19,555 bases of DNA from a bacterium (GTDB lineage Bacteria > Krumholzibacteriota > Krumholzibacteriia > G020349025). Every line of letters starts with the position of its first letter. Within the stretch, counting starts at the first letter, position 1. The stretch spans positions 1 to 19,555 of the forward strand of contig JANLSU010000049.1 in the NCBI GenBank assembly GCA_031362565.1, read 5' to 3'. Positions 17,195-19,555 of the stretch are shown here, in pieces. The position numbers and the translations under genes are program-made. Below the pieces are notes generated by a model, which was not told where the DNA came from, made no database searches, and saw only the letters and a list, made by a program, of their open reading frames with translations.

Positions 17195-17617
17195 AGCAGC
17201 GGTGCGTTTCAGCGCTTGGTTCGCTGCACTTGCAGCCCGCCTCCGCTGCATGACGCGGTCGTATACGACTCCACCGCCGATCGTCGCCAGCATCAGCGTG
17301 GCGCTTCCGAGCAGTTCGAACCAGCGCGGCTGGGTGCTGGGCCGCGACAAGACCACCGCCGTGTCGAGTGCGAGAAAGACGAGCACCGCCACGGCGTGCC
17401 GAACGGGCGCTCGCCCCGCGACCCAGGCAGCCATCGCGCCTCCGGCGAGACCGGACGAGACAGCGACCAGCGTTGCCAGGATGTGAGTTCGAAGCGGCGC
17501 ATCGAGTCGAACGATCGTGCCGAGCGGCTTGAATCCGAGGCTCGTGCCCAAGAAGATCACGGCATATCCACAGACTGCCGCGGCGATGCTTCGTAGGAGC
17601 GCGATGAGTCTTTGCAT
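17180..17617 (-). CDS. Small integral membrane protein (~4 TM), 145 aa, unknown function
   Basis: SD GGAGGT 4 nt upstream of ATG 17617. Four hydrophobic segments (IAAAVCGYAVIFLG; ILATLVAVSSGLAGGAMAAWVA; AVAVLVFLAL; WFELLGSATLMLATIGGGVV). The ORF-track extension to 17740 belongs to the AraC remnant. Confidence 0.8.
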   Translation of the reverse strand: MQRLIALLRSIAAAVCGYAVIFLGTSLGFKPLGTIVRLDAPLRTHILATLVAVSSGLAGGAMAAWVAGRAPVRHAVAVLVFLALDTAVVLSRPSTQPRWFELLGSATLMLATIGGGVVYDRVMQRRRAASAANQALKRTAASFSD

Positions 17618-17664
17618 TGCAACCTCCGGCCACCAGCATCGCGGATCGAGGCGGCCGGAAAATA

Positions 17665-17691
17665 GGACGAGCAAAGCGTCGAGTGGGACGA
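17665..17691 (-). promoter_or_regulatory. Putative AraC/XylS-type tandem operator
   Basis: TCGTCC on the minus strand (GGACGA at 17665-17670 and 17686-17691) repeats with an exact 21-bp period between the AraC remnant and the membrane-protein gene. Confidence 0.4.
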
Positions 17692-17706
17692 ACCGATCGC
17701 GGCCGT

Positions 17707-17797
17707 TCAAACCGAACGGCGAAACGCCCCCCGGAGACACGCCGAAGCGCCCGCGGAAGACACGGCCCAGGTGTGACTCGTCGTAGAAGCCGGACTG
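17707..17797 (-). pseudogene. C-terminal remnant of an AraC-family regulator, frameshifted
   Basis: Minus strand from 17797 reads QSGFYDESHLGRVFRGRFGVSPG, the AraC second-HTH signature. Removing one base from the C6 run (17727-17732) gives PGAFRRSV-stop (TGA 17709-17707). An in-frame stop lies about 10 codons upstream and there is no N-terminal domain. Confidence 0.75.
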
Positions 17798-17921
17798 CCA
17801 GTGAATAGTGATGCCCCGTCTGCAATCTCAAGACCTTGGGGGATTGACGAGTCGCCTCCGGCGATCGAGGCGGGGAACCGGGGTCCGTGGCGCTGAACAC
17901 AGTGGCATCGAGAGTGCTGAT

Positions 17922-18848
17922 CTATGGGTGCAGCCCGGAGTACTTCAATTTCACGGCTGACCAAGTTGTCGGTGTGACGCCGACAGGCGATGTGGTGAAC
18001 TTGACGATGCTGGATGACGCACCGTCCGCCACGTAGATCGCATCGCCAGCGGAAGCAATGGCCGAGATTCCGGAAAGCTCGGATTGGCCGAACGTGAACA
18101 GGGGCTGTCCGTCGTACGTAAAGACGTGGACTGGAACGCTTGTGTTGTCAGTTGCGAACACAAACCCTGCATCGGAAGCGAAGTAGTATACGGGAAAGGA
18201 CCAGGTCGAGACGTATACACCGGCGCTCGTGAACCGCTGCACCCGATGTCCGCCGTCATACACGAAAACGTCGCCGGTGGGCGCGGCAGTCATAGCGAGG
18301 ACTCCACGGTCAATCTGCCCCAGGCCAGTTCCGGGCACCGCCCAATCGCGAACGAACTCCCCGGAGTTCGTGAACTCTTGGAGACTCGGGCGGTCATTGT
18401 CGCCCACAAGCACGTGGTCGTTGGGCAAGATCGCGATGGAATTCGCGAAACCAAAGTGTCCGGGGCCGGGGCCACCGCCTCCCCACCGCAGGATTTCCTG
18501 CCCGGTGGCCGTGAACTTCGCGATCTCCCCGCTCAGGCCGAAGACATTGCCTGCGTGATCAATGGCGAGATGATTGGGACTGAAGTTCGCAGCACTCCAG
18601 AGGTAAAGAAACGACCCATCTGCAGTGAACACCTCGAAGCGGGCGTTCGCGCCGTCGACGACGTACACGTTGCCGTCGGGCGCGACTGCAACATCTGCTG
18701 CGGCACCGAACTGGCCTGGGCCGTCGCCGTAGCTCCCCCAACGAAGGACAAATTGTGGGACGGGGTCGCTCCAGGCCGTCACCGCCGCGGCCGCAATGGC
18801 GAGCGCCGCAACACCGAACAGGAGCGCGCGAAAACAGTAACGAGACAT
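17922..18848 (-). CDS. Secreted NHL-repeat (6-bladed beta-propeller-like) protein, 308 aa
   Basis: SD GGAGG upstream of ATG 18848. Signal peptide ending VTAWS. WGSYGDGPGQFGAAADVAVAPDGNVYVVDGANARFEVFTADGSFL and related repeats. C-terminal VGVTPTTWSAVKLKY. Confidence 0.9.
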   Translation of the reverse strand: MSRYCFRALLFGVAALAIAAAAVTAWSDPVPQFVLRWGSYGDGPGQFGAAADVAVAPDGNVYVVDGANARFEVFTADGSFLYLWSAANFSPNHLAIDHAGNVFGLSGEIAKFTATGQEILRWGGGGPGPGHFGFANSIAILPNDHVLVGDNDRPSLQEFTNSGEFVRDWAVPGTGLGQIDRGVLAMTAAPTGDVFVYDGGHRVQRFTSAGVYVSTWSFPVYYFASDAGFVFATDNTSVPVHVFTYDGQPLFTFGQSELSGISAIASAGDAIYVADGASSSIVKFTTSPVGVTPTTWSAVKLKYSGLHP

Positions 18849-19020
18849 AGGGAAGCCTCCCGAACTCGACCATCCCGCCGTGGCGCATGGTGGCGCAGCG
18901 CACCCAATACGACCAAAGCACTTCTCAGCACGCCGAGTCAAGCGACTTGACAACACCGGGACTGGTGCATTATTTGATCCCGTCAGCCCATCCGCGTCCG
19001 GCAGCCCGGGAGTTTTCACG

Positions 19021-19419
19021 ATGACGACTGTTGTTGCCACAGATCTCTTCGGAGCCGGCTCGGATCCGGCGCCCGCGTTGACCGGGCCATCCGTTTTCGC
19101 GCTGCCTCGGGACGTATTCTACCCAAGCTTGACGGTGCCAGCGGGCGTGAAAGTGCTCACCAACGGCTATAAGCTCTTCGTTCAGGGCGTTCTCAATCTT
19201 CAGGGCTCGATCGAGAACAGCGGCGCGGACGGGACGAATGGTGGAACCGGCGGAATCGGGAATACGGTTGGCGGCGGAACCTCTGGGACAACAGGGGCCG
19301 TTGGCTCCACTGGCGCGGGCGGTTCTGCTGCTTCGCCGCTCGCTGGGCACGGCTGCGGCGGCTCCGGCGGTGCGGGTGGAGCAGGCGGTTCTGGAACCGG
19401 CGGCGGCGGCGGGCCACTA
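19021..19419 (+). pseudogene. Glycine-rich protein gene, apparently interrupted by an IS
   Basis: GGGAG SD at 19008-19012 before ATG 19021. LFGAGSD...RDVFYPSLTVPAGVKVLTNGYKLFVQGVLNLQGSIENSG is followed by a Gly/Ser/Thr/Ala-rich tract that stops abruptly at CTAG (19417-19420). Confidence 0.6.
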
Positions 19420-19420
19420 G

Positions 19421-19555
19421 GAGCCTGTCCCAGTAACGGCGAGTGGGCAGGCGTTTCCCGCCGGTCGCGACCGGGAATCGGTGATCTGCTTGCGGTTGTC
19501 GCGGTGGCGAGATGTCACGAAACGTCTTGCGACGCAGCTCACGCCCTGGTTTGAG
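19421..19555. mobile_element. Probable terminus of an insertion sequence (IS1182- or IS5-like), partial
   Basis: CTAG followed by GAGCCTGTCCCAGTAA resembles IS terminal inverted repeats beside a CTAG target (recollection). It coincides with loss of the Gly-rich coding pattern. No transposase or second IR is visible in the window. Confidence 0.55.

Noticed and set aside
17853..17872. Hairpin CGCCTC-N8-GAGGCG downstream of the NHL gene as a terminator
   Set aside because: Only a 6-bp stem and no U-tract on either strand.
17644..17873. 11-bp direct repeat GATCGAGGCGG (17644-17654 and 17863-17873) as a target-site duplication
   Set aside because: The enclosed DNA has no element ends or transposase, the left copy lies inside the apparent promoter, and such a match can arise by chance in GC-rich DNA.
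18849..19040. N-terminal extensions of the ORFs 17922-19040 (-) and 18880-19554 (+)
   Set aside because: SD-supported ATGs at 18848 (-) and 19021 (+) give sensible starts and leave a divergent intergenic region.

Overview
GC-rich bacterial window, almost fully coding and dominated by envelope and secreted-protein functions. In order: (1) a 5'-truncated LytS/YehU-type sensor kinase coupled to a LytTR response regulator; (2) an exported S10 serine carboxypeptidase; (3) on the minus strand, an Asp-rich lipoprotein, pbpC and a bacterial alpha-2-macroglobulin (thioester CTEQ); (4) a secreted ~14-blade LVIVD-repeat protein with a C-terminal FlgD-Ig/T9SS-CTD-like domain; (5) a translationally coupled four-gene operon of ECF sigma factor, single-TM putative anti-sigma and two exported HEAT-repeat proteins, preceded by an ECF-type promoter; (6) a decayed patch with a small membrane-protein gene, a frameshifted AraC C-terminal remnant, a 21-bp-spaced operator-like repeat and a possible half attC site; (7) a secreted NHL-repeat protein ending in a 'VTPTTWSAVKLKY' candidate sorting motif; (8) a Gly-rich gene apparently interrupted at a CTAG by the end of an IS element at the window edge. 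The C-terminal domain types suggest an FCB-group lineage such as Eisenbacteria, Krumholzibacteriota or Latescibacterota (inference only). I saw no rRNA, tRNA or CRISPR array. The best candidates for under-described biology are the ECF/anti-sigma/twin exported-HEAT module and the TW-x3-K-x2-Y C-terminal motif. All calls come from reading motifs by eye; no database searches were run.
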